Assembly (NCBI GenBank): GCA_900556135.1
Contig: USNR01000002.1
Location: 1-61,826, forward strand
Source of the DNA: an uncultured Clostridium sp.
Lineage (GTDB): Bacteria > Bacillota > Clostridia > TANB77 > CAG-508
Length of the DNA: 61,826 nucleotides
Direction: 5' to 3'
Part shown: piece after piece, positions 20,090-29,915 of the stretch
How the letters are laid out: each line of letters starts with the position of its first letter
Numbering within the stretch: the stretch's first letter is position 1
Translations under genes and position numbers: made by a program
The notes under the pieces: model-generated
What the model saw: only the letters and a program-made list of their open reading frames with translations
Database searches by the model: none
What the model was told of the DNA's origin: nothing

Positions 20090-21922
20090 TTATTTTGTTA
20101 TATCATTTGAATAACAATCTAATTCATAATCAGCACTCTTTTTATAATACTCTCCTATAAACGTAGGGTTTGCATCTGTAATTGTATAAACAGGTTCTTT
20201 TATTACTTGTTTATTTCCGTCTATAACTCCCCATTTTCCGTCTTTTTTTATTGCTGCAAATCCATATTCATTTACGTCCATTGCCATATCATAAATATAA
20301 TCTACAACAACATTTCCGCTTATATCAACATATCCCCATTTTTCATTTTGCTTTTGTGCAAATATTGAATTATTTGTAAATAAGTCCTGAGCCTTTTTTA
20401 CATTACCATCATAATCAACATACATCATTGTATCATCTGATAAAATTTTAATATAATTATCTTTTAAATATATATGTGCATTCTTGGTTTCTGCTACTTT
20501 TTCAATATTCTTATTATATATTTCACTTATTCCAGTATCCGAATTTGTAGCTTGTATTATATTGGTTCCATTTATGTTTTGAACAACACTATATTTATTC
20601 TCTAAAACTTTTCTTCCTGTGTAATCAATCAATCCAGATTTATTTTCATCTGTAAATATAAAATATTTATCAAATACGTATTCTATATAAGAATATTTAT
20701 TATCTATAAGAGTAGTATTAGAACTATCAACTACACCATATTTCCCTTGATTATTTATTGTAATATAATAATCATTTGATTTTGTTGGCATTATACTTGT
20801 GTAATTGAAATCCTTTTTTATATTTCCATTAGCATCAAATACCAATCCTTTTCCGTCTTTTGTTGCCGTAATAATAGTTCCAGCAAATGTCAAATCATCA
20901 TACTGAATAGGCAAAATCATATTTCCATATAAATCATATACACCATATTTTCCATTTTGTTCTATCGCTAAAATCTGATTAGTATTATCATACTCGATTG
21001 ATTCATATTCATTTTTTATAATGCTTTGTCCATTTTTATATAATCCTGTTTTACCATTTTCTACAGTTATTAAATATGCAATTGAATCATTTTTAATATT
21101 CGTAATTCTTTTTATTGAATTATACTTACAATCCAACACTGTTTTTCCATTATAACTTATATATCCATAGGATGTTCCCTCTTCTGACTTTTTGCTTACA
21201 ATATATCCTGCATTTTCATATTTACTTGTTTGGTCATTATAATATCCATCTGTCGAAATTGTATCATATTCTGATTTCAACACAACTTCTCCATTTAATT
21301 TTATTAAACCATATTTTTCATTTTGTTTAATTTTTAATATTCCATCTTTATAATCTAAAGTTTCTATAGAATCATATATCGCCTTTGTTACTTGCTTACC
21401 ACTAGTAGTAATTATTCCATACTTTTCTCCTTCTTTATATTTTAAAATAGCTGTTTGATATGACCATCCGATTGAAGTATTATTACTTGGTATTGCAGTT
21501 ACATTAGAATATTTCGAATATATTTCATCTCCTTTTTCATTAAGTACCTTAGAATTATATGATTTAACACTAGTATCATAATCATATAAACATACAAATA
21601 TTGCTTTTTCTGGGTTTGGTATTTGAATGTAATCATACTCTGGTTTTATTACAATCTTGCCTGTTTTATCTAATACTCCAGTTTTTCCGTTTTCAGATAT
21701 TATAAAATAGTTATATTCTGAAATTTCGGTTTCTTTAATTTTTATTTTTCTGTTTTTTAGAGCCACAATTATACCAGCAACAACAGCTATAGCCAATATC
21801 CATATTATCAATTTTTTTACCAATACTTTTTTATTAGGTTTTCTTCTTTTACTGCCTTCCTTTACAGTTTTTCTAATATCGTCGGCCATTTCTCTTTTTA
21901 GTTTTTCGTTTTGTCTGCTCAT
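20090..21922 (-). CDS. membrane-anchored WG-repeat (KWG) protein
   Basis: Start set at ATG 21922 after AGGGGGA, which overlaps the kinase stop. TM LIIWILAIAVVAGIIVAL. Many repeats of the type GKYGVVDS, EKYGLIKLNG, EKWGYVDISGN and GKWGVIDG. Confidence 0.75.
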   Translation of the reverse strand: MSRQNEKLKREMADDIRKTVKEGSKRRKPNKKVLVKKLIIWILAIAVVAGIIVALKNRKIKIKETEISEYNYFIISENGKTGVLDKTGKIVIKPEYDYIQIPNPEKAIFVCLYDYDTSVKSYNSKVLNEKGDEIYSKYSNVTAIPSNNTSIGWSYQTAILKYKEGEKYGIITTSGKQVTKAIYDSIETLDYKDGILKIKQNEKYGLIKLNGEVVLKSEYDTISTDGYYNDQTSKYENAGYIVSKKSEEGTSYGYISYNGKTVLDCKYNSIKRITNIKNDSIAYLITVENGKTGLYKNGQSIIKNEYESIEYDNTNQILAIEQNGKYGVYDLYGNMILPIQYDDLTFAGTIITATKDGKGLVFDANGNIKKDFNYTSIMPTKSNDYYITINNQGKYGVVDSSNTTLIDNKYSYIEYVFDKYFIFTDENKSGLIDYTGRKVLENKYSVVQNINGTNIIQATNSDTGISEIYNKNIEKVAETKNAHIYLKDNYIKILSDDTMMYVDYDGNVKKAQDLFTNNSIFAQKQNEKWGYVDISGNVVVDYIYDMAMDVNEYGFAAIKKDGKWGVIDGNKQVIKEPVYTITDANPTFIGEYYKKSADYELDCYSNDITK

Positions 21923-21933
21923 TTTATCCCCCT

Positions 21934-23433
21934 CTAACATTCTTTAGATTTTTTTATATCAAAATAGAACTCTACTCCATCTGGTCTATTTATTACTCCA
22001 TATTCTTCATTGTAACTGTTCATTATTGCCTTTACTAATGATAATCCTATTCCAGTTCCACCATCTGCTCTGTTTCTAGAAGCATCAGCTTTGTAAAATC
22101 TTCCCCATATTTTTTCTATATCATCTTCTGCAATATTATCACCAGTGTTAAACACAGACACTCTAATTTTTTCATCTTTATCTTCAAGTTTTATTACTAT
22201 TTGTTTTCTGCCATCCACATCTTTTACATGTTTTATTGCATTTGTAATATAATTGGTAAATGCTTGCTCTATATAAAATGAATCTGCATATACATTTATT
22301 TCTTCTGTATTTTCGAACATTATATTTGCCTGTTTTTCCTCAGACATAACTTTACATTTTCTTATTACTTCATTTATTAATTCGCATATATCAAAAGAAT
22401 CATCATTAAATTCTCTTTTGCCATACTCTATCTTCATCAATTCTAATAATTGTCTTACTAGCTTATCCATTTTGTTTGATTCGTCTAAAATTACTTCTGC
22501 ATAATATTTTTTAGACTCTTCATCACTATTAACATTTTCAACTAAACCTTCAGCATACCCTTGAATTAATGCTATTGGAGTTTTAAGTTCATGAGAAACA
22601 TCAGAGATAAATTGTGTTCTCATTTCATCTATTTTAGATTTTTCTTCAATATCTTTTTCTAATTGATTGTTATTTTTTCTTAATTGTTTTATTGTTCTTT
22701 CCAACTTATCAGACATTTTATTTATGCTTTTTCCAAGCTCATTTATTTCGTCATCTGAATCTGTTATTCTATATTTCTCACTAAAATCTAAATTTGCCAT
22801 TTTATTTGCAATATTGTTTAACTGCAATATTGGCTTTGTAAATTTCTTTGAAATTATAGATGCAATTACTGCAGATAGTAGTATAATAATTGCTCCCATT
22901 ATTAGCAACAAATTATTAGATATCCTTACACTCTCTTCTATCGCAGCTATTGGTATAGATATATATATTAAATAACCATTATCTAATTTTCCTGAAAGTA
23001 ATATGTATTTGATGTCATTTGTAGAGACAATATTAATCGCCATATTATCTTCCACATATATCAACTGCTTGTCTTTTTTTATAAGACTTTGAAATTTCAT
23101 TATATCTTTATTGCTGTTTATTTCATTTGCAAAATTTTGATTTGTGCTATATATTATCAATTCATTATCAGTTTGAATTAATATTTTTACATTATTTTGC
23201 AAAGACATTTTTTCTAGTTTTTCCTCTAGTGGTAATTCCTGCTCATTAAATAAATCATTAATATTTGCATATATTTGTTTTACACTATATATTTTAGAAT
23301 AAGTATAAAAAGACTCTAACACAATGCTATTCGTTAATATAAGAACTACTATTATTGCTGTTATAACACCACTTAAAGTTAGAAACAATCTCATTCTAAC
23401 AGATTTAAATCTTTCACCCATTAATTTTTTCAC
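21934..23433 (-). CDS. sensor histidine kinase (TM-HAMP-HisKA-HATPase)
   Basis: H-box FISDVSHELKTPIALIQGY. G-box GGTGIGLSLVKAIM. GTG start after AAGAGGAA. Confidence 0.9.
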   Translation of the reverse strand: MKKLMGERFKSVRMRLFLTLSGVITAIIVVLILTNSIVLESFYTYSKIYSVKQIYANINDLFNEQELPLEEKLEKMSLQNNVKILIQTDNELIIYSTNQNFANEINSNKDIMKFQSLIKKDKQLIYVEDNMAINIVSTNDIKYILLSGKLDNGYLIYISIPIAAIEESVRISNNLLLIMGAIIILLSAVIASIISKKFTKPILQLNNIANKMANLDFSEKYRITDSDDEINELGKSINKMSDKLERTIKQLRKNNNQLEKDIEEKSKIDEMRTQFISDVSHELKTPIALIQGYAEGLVENVNSDEESKKYYAEVILDESNKMDKLVRQLLELMKIEYGKREFNDDSFDICELINEVIRKCKVMSEEKQANIMFENTEEINVYADSFYIEQAFTNYITNAIKHVKDVDGRKQIVIKLEDKDEKIRVSVFNTGDNIAEDDIEKIWGRFYKADASRNRADGGTGIGLSLVKAIMNSYNEEYGVINRPDGVEFYFDIKKSKEC

Positions 23434-23445
23434 TTATATTCCTCT

Positions 23446-24123
23446 TTACTTTATTTCAAATTTATATCCAATTCCTCGTATTGTTTCTATATATTTTCCC
23501 TTTTTTCCTAATTTGTGTCTTATCTTTTTTATATGACTATCAATAGTTCTTGAATCTCCATAATAATCGTAATTCCATACATTATTTAAAATCTTGTCTC
23601 TTGATAATGCAATTGATTGATTTTCTACTAAATATGTTAACAGTTCATATTCTCTTAAACTAAGTTCTATTTCTTTCCCTTCAACTCTTACTGTTCTTCC
23701 TTCTTTATCAATCTCTATGCCGCCATAATCTTTTACCTCTTTTTTATCTCCATTTGTTCTTTTTAATATAGCTTCTACTCTTGCCACTAATATTTTAGGA
23801 CTAAATGGTTTAGATATATACTCATCTACGCCTAATTCAAAGCCAAATAGCTCATCTTGTTCTTCTCCTCTAGCAGTTAACATTATAATTGGTACTTTAG
23901 ATGTTTGTCTTATTTGCCTTAATACAGACCACCCATCTAATTTTGGCATCATTACATCAAGTAAAATTAACTGTATTTTATTTTTATTTTCCTCAAATAC
24001 CTTTAGCGCCTCTTCTCCATCACCTGCTTCTAATGTTAAGAAATTTTTTTGTTTCAAAAAGTCTTTTATTAAACTTCTCATTCTTTGTTCGTCATCTACA
24101 ATAAGTATATATTTGCTATCCAT
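23446..24123 (-). CDS. OmpR/PhoB-family response regulator
   Basis: ILIVDDEQRMRSL, LILLDVMMPKLDGWSV, and winged helix IETIRGIGYKFE. ATG at 24123 lies 5 nt after GGAGG. Confidence 0.9.
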   Translation of the reverse strand: MDSKYILIVDDEQRMRSLIKDFLKQKNFLTLEAGDGEEALKVFEENKNKIQLILLDVMMPKLDGWSVLRQIRQTSKVPIIMLTARGEEQDELFGFELGVDEYISKPFSPKILVARVEAILKRTNGDKKEVKDYGGIEIDKEGRTVRVEGKEIELSLREYELLTYLVENQSIALSRDKILNNVWNYDYYGDSRTIDSHIKKIRHKLGKKGKYIETIRGIGYKFEIK

Positions 24124-24244
24124 AAAAACCTCCAAATTGTCTTTAATCTTAATAAAATTCTTACATATTTTATAACATTTTTGTGTCTTTAGTATGTCCT
24201 TATTACAAAATTTTATTATTTATTAGGAAAGCTGGCTTATCTTT

Positions 24245-24772
24245 CTAATAAATTGTTTTATCTTCTTTTTTATTCCAAACTTTAAAAGGTTCTTTACATT
24301 CATAATCAATTAATTGAATTTCATTTATCAATTCTGGATTTGTTCCTTGCAAATATTCTAAAATATTATCGTCTCTAAATCCGCTAGTTGTTGCTTCATC
24401 ATAAGATTCCGAATAATATATTGTTGGTATACTTGCCCAACAAGCTGCCGACAAACACATAGGGCAACTTTTTGCTGTAGTTACTAATATACAATTATCT
24501 AAACGTTCAGTATTTAACATTTTACAAGCTTTTCTTATTGCATTAACTTCTGCATGAGCAGTTGGATCTTTAGTTTTCAAAACACTGTTGCTTTCTATTA
24601 CTAAAATTATATATCTACCATTATCTTTTTTATAAATAATACCTGCACCAAAAGGTCCTCCTACATTTGTTTTTACCCCAACTATAGCCTGTTTTGATGC
24701 CAATTTATACACATCTCTTACACACTCTTCTAAATTATCGTACTCACTATTTTCTTGTTCATAATTAAACAT
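24245..24772 (-). CDS. CDA-superfamily nucleoside deaminase, guanine-deaminase (GuaD)-like
   Basis: GGPFGAGII...DPTAHAEVNAIRKAC...KSCPMCLSAACWA (H-A-E and C-x-x-C zinc motifs). ATG at 24772 lies 8 nt after GGAGG. Confidence 0.75.
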   Translation of the reverse strand: MFNYEQENSEYDNLEECVRDVYKLASKQAIVGVKTNVGGPFGAGIIYKKDNGRYIILVIESNSVLKTKDPTAHAEVNAIRKACKMLNTERLDNCILVTTAKSCPMCLSAACWASIPTIYYSESYDEATTSGFRDDNILEYLQGTNPELINEIQLIDYECKEPFKVWNKKEDKTIY

Positions 24773-24909
24773 TATCTTGCCTCCCTTTTGCCCCTTATAT
24801 TTTATACAATTTTTCAATAAATTTCTACCTTTTTATACAAATTTATAAATTTTATGCTATAATTACTCTTGAATTAACCAAAAGATATAAAGTAAAGGAA
24901 TGATTTATT

Positions 24910-26373
24910 TTGAAAAATACAAATGAAACTATGATGCAATTCTTTGAGTGGTATTTAAAACCAGATTGCTCACATTGGAATAGAACTGCCAGTCAAGCTA
25001 ATTATCTAGCTAATATTGGCATAAACTATATATGGCTTCCACCAGCTTATAAGGGTTCTTCTGGAGTTACTGATACAGGATATGGAGTTTACGACTTATA
25101 CGATTTAGGTGAGTTTGACCAGAAGGGTGAAAAGAAAACAAAATACGGTTCAAAGGAAGAATATTTGCAAGCAATAAAAGTTCTTAGAGGCAATGGTATA
25201 AAAGTACTTGCTGATATTGTTTTTAATCACAAAATGGGTGCAGATGAAACCGAAGATGTAATTGCTGTTGAGTATAATCCTCAGAATAGAAACGAACCAA
25301 TTGGTGAACCACACTTAATTAAAGCTTGGACTAAATTTACTTTTCCTGGAAGAGGCAATCAGTATTCAGACTTTAAATGGAATTGGACACATTTTCACGG
25401 TGTAGATTGGGATGAAAATTCTAAAAGAACATCTATATATGGATTTTATGGAAGACATTGGGATAACTTAGTAGATACAGAAAATGGGAACTTCGATTAT
25501 CTAATGGGTTGTGATGTAGATTTAAATAATGTTGATGTTGTGGAAGAACTTATACACTGGGCTAAATGGTATTTAAATTTAACCAATATAGACGGTTTTC
25601 GTATAGATGCGGTAAAACATATACGCGCTTCATTTTTTGATGATTGGCTAAAAGTTCTAAAAGCCGATACTTCAAAAGAATTGTTTTCTATTGGAGAATA
25701 TTGGAGTACTAATTTAGACTCATTAAAAAATTATTTAAAAGAAACTAGTAATATGATTTCCTTGTTTGATGTACCTTTACACTACAATTTTTATTCTGCT
25801 TGCTATAGTAACGGAACATATGATATGAGAAAAATTTTTGATAACACACTTGTAAAAGAAGTTCCAGATAAAGCTGTAACTTTTGTAGATAATCACGACA
25901 CAGAGCCTGGTCAATCATTAGAATCATGGGTTGCAGATTGGTTTAAACCTCTTGCTTATTCATTAATACTTCTTAGAAAAGACGGTTTACCTTGTATTTT
26001 TTATGGAGACTTATATGGAATACCTTATAAATCAATTTCTGCTAAAAAAGATATGTTAGAAAAAATGTTAAAAGCTAGAAAATATTTTGCTTATGGAAAT
26101 CAAACAGATTATTTCGACGACCCTAATGTTATCGGCTGGGTACGCCAAGGTGATGTAGATCATCCAGACTCAGGAATGGCAGTACTACTTACAAACGGAA
26201 ATGGTGGAAACAAAATAATGAATGTTGGCAAACGTTTATCTAATACTATATTTTATGATTGCACTGGAAATGTAAAAGAACCTGTTTATGTAGATTCTGA
26301 AGGAAATGGAATTTTCTATGTAAATGGTGGCAGTGTTTCTGTTTGGATAAAAAAAGATAATATTTATGATTAA
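24910..26373 (+). CDS. cytoplasmic GH13 alpha-amylase
   Basis: 487 aa. MMQFFEWY, DIVFNHKMGAD, GFRIDAVKHI, IGEYWS and FVDNHDTEPGQ. No signal peptide. TTG start after AAAGGAA. Confidence 0.9.
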   Translation: MKNTNETMMQFFEWYLKPDCSHWNRTASQANYLANIGINYIWLPPAYKGSSGVTDTGYGVYDLYDLGEFDQKGEKKTKYGSKEEYLQAIKVLRGNGIKVLADIVFNHKMGADETEDVIAVEYNPQNRNEPIGEPHLIKAWTKFTFPGRGNQYSDFKWNWTHFHGVDWDENSKRTSIYGFYGRHWDNLVDTENGNFDYLMGCDVDLNNVDVVEELIHWAKWYLNLTNIDGFRIDAVKHIRASFFDDWLKVLKADTSKELFSIGEYWSTNLDSLKNYLKETSNMISLFDVPLHYNFYSACYSNGTYDMRKIFDNTLVKEVPDKAVTFVDNHDTEPGQSLESWVADWFKPLAYSLILLRKDGLPCIFYGDLYGIPYKSISAKKDMLEKMLKARKYFAYGNQTDYFDDPNVIGWVRQGDVDHPDSGMAVLLTNGNGGNKIMNVGKRLSNTIFYDCTGNVKEPVYVDSEGNGIFYVNGGSVSVWIKKDNIYD

Positions 26374-26426
26374 TGTATTTTATATAATAGAAAAGTTTCA
26401 TAACTTTCCTATTATATAAAAAAATA

Positions 26427-26455
26427 AAAACCAGGTTAATTATAACCTGGCTTTT
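26427..26455. terminator. bidirectional intrinsic terminator shared by the amylase gene and the 82-aa gene
   Basis: CCAGGTTA (26431-26438) pairs with TAACCTGG (26443-26450). It is flanked by an A-run and a T-run. Confidence 0.75.
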
Positions 26456-26461
26456 ACTGGC

Positions 26462-26710
26462 TTAACGGCTAGCATCGGGATAACCCTTGATAACACCTGT
26501 TGCCTTATCAGGCCCATTGCCTACGGTAACAAAAACTGTCACATTCGGCTCTGCACTCGCCTCCATCTCAGGCTCGCAGGCATTCTCGCGAGAATTCCTT
26601 GCATGGCTCTGGATTTCCTCCAAGACCTCGCCAGGTTCCCTTTCTCTCATAGAGCTCGCTCTACGAGACCGCATTACCGCCTTATTAACTACATTATTAA
26701 TTCTTGCCAT
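26462..26710 (-). CDS. orphan 82-aa protein with strongly atypical (about 55%) G+C
   Basis: GGAGG (26725-26721) lies 10 nt before the ATG. About 78% of codons start with a purine. Own promoter and terminator. No family recognised. Confidence 0.55.
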   Translation of the reverse strand: MARINNVVNKAVMRSRRASSMREREPGEVLEEIQSHARNSRENACEPEMEASAEPNVTVFVTVGNGPDKATGVIKGYPDASR

Positions 26711-26742
26711 TTTTAATGTACCTCCTTGAAGTTGATTTATAT

Positions 26743-26771
26743 ATTATAGCACACTTTTGTAAAAAAATCAA
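26743..26771 (-). promoter_or_regulatory. sigma-A-type promoter with extended -10 for the 82-aa gene
   Basis: Minus strand: TTGATT (26771-26766), 17 nt, TGcTATAAT (-10 at 26748-26743). Confidence 0.6.
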
Positions 26772-26781
26772 ATGAATTCCT

Positions 26782-28842
26782 TTATTTTGTAGCACTTTCG
26801 TGTTCTTTTTTTCTTTGTATTTCAACATATTCCTCTATTAATTCGACAGCATTATCAACTCCAATTTTTGAAGTGTCTATAAATAAATCATATCCGCTTC
26901 TATCTCCCCATTTTTCATTAGTATAATAATTATAATAATTTGCTCTTTCTTTATCATTCTTTAATATCAACTTTTCAGCTTTATTTTTAGAAAGATTTGC
27001 ATATTGCATTTTTCTTGCTATCTTAAAGTTCATATCAGTTGCATATATAAACACATTAATTACATTTTTATTATCTTTTAGTATTCTGTTAGAACATCTA
27101 CCTATTATTACACAAGATTCTTTTTCTGCAATTTCCTCTATTACTTTTGCTTGCTTTATAAATATAGCATCATTACTTGGTAAATCTGTTAAAGAATTTA
27201 CACTATCCGTTGTTGATAAAGAAGACATTGCCATTGTATACCAGAAACTGCTTTTTTGTTTTTCATCAGCTTCTTCTAGTAATTTCATATCAATATTTTC
27301 TTCGTTAGATACTCTTTTTAATAATTCATTATCATATAATTTAATATTATAGTGTTTAGCAAGTTGCTCTCCTATATATTTTCCGCCACTGCCAAACTCT
27401 CTTCCAATAGTTATTATTAATTGATTGTCTAATTTTGTATCTTCTTTTTCTACAATCTCTGGTTCTTTAGTTTCATCCATTTTCTTAATATTCTTTAACT
27501 CTACTGATATAAAAGCTATTGTAATTAAGAATGCTAACATATCAGCAACCGGTCCTGCATACAAAACTCCATTTACTCCAAAGAATATTGGTAATATAAG
27601 TGTTGCTGGAATTAATATAAGTATTTGTCTTGACAATGATAATATTGCTGATTTTACAGATTTGCCTATTGCTTGTAAAAATATACTTGATACAACTTGC
27701 ACTCCATTTAGCATTAAGAACATTAAGAATATTCTAAAGCACATCTTAGCAAATTCATTATATAATTCATTTTCTTGACCAAATAAACTTATTACTAATT
27801 GTGGAGCAAATTGGAATATAAGTGTTCCTATTATTGTAACTATCAAAGACATTTTTATTGCCAATGAATAAGTTTTTGTTACTCTGTCATACTTTTTAGC
27901 GCCATAATTGAATCCTATTATTGGTTGTGCTCCAACTGCAATTCCAACTAATATGGATGTAATTATTTGATTTACCTTCATTACTATTCCTAATGCAGAT
28001 AAAGGTATTTCTGCACCATATTTAGACATAGCTCCATATTTTGTTAAAGCATTATTAGATATTACCATTACAACTGTTATAGCCATTTGTGTTATAAAGC
28101 TAGATACACCTAAAGCACAAATTTTCTTTATAACTTTATAATCAATTCTTAGGGTTTCTTTATTTACCCTTACAGTTTTGAATTTCTTAATATACAAGAA
28201 TGATAATACACAAGTTGCTATTTGTCCTATAACCGTTGCTATTGCAGCACCAGCAACTCCTGCATTTAATTTAAATATAGCAATAGGATCTAATATAACA
28301 TTTATAATAGCACCTGTTAACATTGTTTTCATAGCATATTTAGGAGAGCCATCTGCTCTAATCATCGAGTTCATTGTTGTTGTTATCATATAGAATGGTA
28401 AACCTAATACTATATAAAACATATAATCACAAGCATATTCCCATATATTATCTGTAGCTCCAAATAATCTTAATAATGGTTCTTTAAAAATCAAACCAAT
28501 AGCAAGAAATAAAAGTCCTAATATTGTGATTAAAATAATACCTGTATTTATTCCTTTTTCTGCACTCTTCTTATCATTTTTTCCTAAACATAAACTTAAG
28601 AATGCTGCCGCACCATCACCTATAAGTAATGCTACTGCTGTTGCAATTACTGTAATTGGAAATACTACGTTTGTAGCTGCATTTCCTAAATAACCTACCT
28701 TTTGTCCAATAAAAACCTGGTCAACTATATTGTAAAGAGAACTTACAAGCAATGATATTATACAAGGTATTGAAAACTTTCTTATCAGTTTGCTTATCTT
28801 CTCTGTTGCCAATGGATTTTTCTCAACTTCTGTTTCGTTCAT
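26782..28842 (-). CDS. MATE-family efflux transporter fused to a C-terminal cytidylate-kinase-like (P-loop) domain
   Basis: One uninterrupted ORF. MATE part has SLYNIVDQVFIGQKVGYLGNAATNVVFP and about 12 TM. C-terminal ~210 aa has LIITIGREFGSGGKYIGEQLAKHYNIKLYDNELL. Start set at ATG 28842 after GGAAGGA; the tracked TTG at 28911 has no RBS. Confidence 0.8.
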   Translation of the reverse strand: MNETEVEKNPLATEKISKLIRKFSIPCIISLLVSSLYNIVDQVFIGQKVGYLGNAATNVVFPITVIATAVALLIGDGAAAFLSLCLGKNDKKSAEKGINTGIILITILGLLFLAIGLIFKEPLLRLFGATDNIWEYACDYMFYIVLGLPFYMITTTMNSMIRADGSPKYAMKTMLTGAIINVILDPIAIFKLNAGVAGAAIATVIGQIATCVLSFLYIKKFKTVRVNKETLRIDYKVIKKICALGVSSFITQMAITVVMVISNNALTKYGAMSKYGAEIPLSALGIVMKVNQIITSILVGIAVGAQPIIGFNYGAKKYDRVTKTYSLAIKMSLIVTIIGTLIFQFAPQLVISLFGQENELYNEFAKMCFRIFLMFLMLNGVQVVSSIFLQAIGKSVKSAILSLSRQILILIPATLILPIFFGVNGVLYAGPVADMLAFLITIAFISVELKNIKKMDETKEPEIVEKEDTKLDNQLIITIGREFGSGGKYIGEQLAKHYNIKLYDNELLKRVSNEENIDMKLLEEADEKQKSSFWYTMAMSSLSTTDSVNSLTDLPSNDAIFIKQAKVIEEIAEKESCVIIGRCSNRILKDNKNVINVFIYATDMNFKIARKMQYANLSKNKAEKLILKNDKERANYYNYYTNEKWGDRSGYDLFIDTSKIGVDNAVELIEEYVEIQRKKEHESATK

Positions 28843-29001
28843 AATCTCTAATTCCTTCCTCTCTATTTCCTTTTTTATTATATTTGCCTTATTATTTTTT
28901 TTAAAGCGCAATATAATAGAAGTAGCTCAAATTGTTTTTAAGCCACCTCAACCTAGAACTTTATTATAACACTTTTTTTTAACTGATGCAAATGAAAATT
29001 T

Positions 29002-29577
29002 TTAAAATTTTAAAATTTCTTTTATTTCTTCTTTGGTCTTTTCAAAATTTTTACCATTTTCAATTTTATAAACATGAATATTAGGATATTTTTCTTTTAT
29101 CTCATCTGCCATTTTCAGATACTCATGTTGTTGCTCTATACTTTTTTCTGCCGCATATTTAGCATAGTCTGGAGTTCCTTTTTCTTTTCTATTTAATCTC
29201 TTTTCAAATGTTTCCTCTTTTTCTAAATACAGAGTAATGTAGTATATATCAAAGTCCATTTTACTTAATTCATCAACTAGTTCATTATAAACATCTGAAA
29301 AATTATAATCTTTATATCCTAATCTACAATATATCTCCTCTGTAAAAAAAGTTCTATCAAACAACAAATTTACACTACAATTTTCTAAAGTTTTCATATA
29401 TTGCTGTAAATCCTTATACATCTTTACTGATTTTTTTAACCCTTCTTTTGAACTATCAGCTGTTCCAGACAATCTATACAAGTTGGTATAATGCATAGAA
29501 TGTCTTATATAATCTGTTACTGTTGTTTTTCCTGCTCCTTGTGCTCCTTCAACTATTATAATCTTTGAGTTTGCCAT
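29002..29577 (-). CDS. P-loop NTPase, nucleoside/nucleotide-kinase-like
   Basis: 191 aa. Walker A IIIVEGAQGAGKTTV. RBS AAGGAG. Confidence 0.6.
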   Translation of the reverse strand: MANSKIIIVEGAQGAGKTTVTDYIRHSMHYTNLYRLSGTADSSKEGLKKSVKMYKDLQQYMKTLENCSVNLLFDRTFFTEEIYCRLGYKDYNFSDVYNELVDELSKMDFDIYYITLYLEKEETFEKRLNRKEKGTPDYAKYAAEKSIEQQHEYLKMADEIKEKYPNIHVYKIENGKNFEKTKEEIKEILKF

Positions 29578-29740
29578 CTTAAATTTCTCCTTTTCTTATA
29601 AATATTTTTACTTTCCATTTAATTTCACACTTCGCTTTTTATTATATCATAAAAAATATTTTTTTAAAGTCAGTTTATAACATTTTGTTCACGTTTATTT
29701 TCATAACATAATATTATATAAAAAAGGAGGTAATCATATT

Positions 29741-29896
29741 ATGTTTGAGGCTTTAAAAAAGACTCTGGGAGTATGCTTAATTGGAATTGGAACTGGTGTA
29801 TTATTAGTATTATTACTTCCGATAACAGGATGGCTATTTATAATAGGAGTATGTTTATTTGTATTAGGAATAGCATGGCTATTTTGCAATAAATAA
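29741..29896 (+). CDS. 51-aa two-TM micro-protein (not in the ORF track)
   Basis: AAGGAGG lies 10 nt before the ATG. Sequence MFEALKKTLGVCLIGIGTGVLLVLLLPITGWLFIIGVCLFVLGIAWLFCNK. Confidence 0.5.
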   Translation: MFEALKKTLGVCLIGIGTGVLLVLLLPITGWLFIIGVCLFVLGIAWLFCNK

Positions 29897-29915
29897 GGGA
29901 AGGAAAGTGATATGT

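Noticed and set aside
26462-26729. GC-rich 250-nt island considered as a housekeeping ncRNA (SRP/4.5S, 6S, RNase P or an rRNA fragment).
   Set aside because: I could not find the SRP domain-IV motif (GGAAGGAAGCAGC-like), the RNase P GAGGAAAGUCC core or tmRNA ends on either strand. A canonical RBS, an exact promoter-to-terminator fit and strong purine-first codon periodicity favour a protein gene. This remains unverified.
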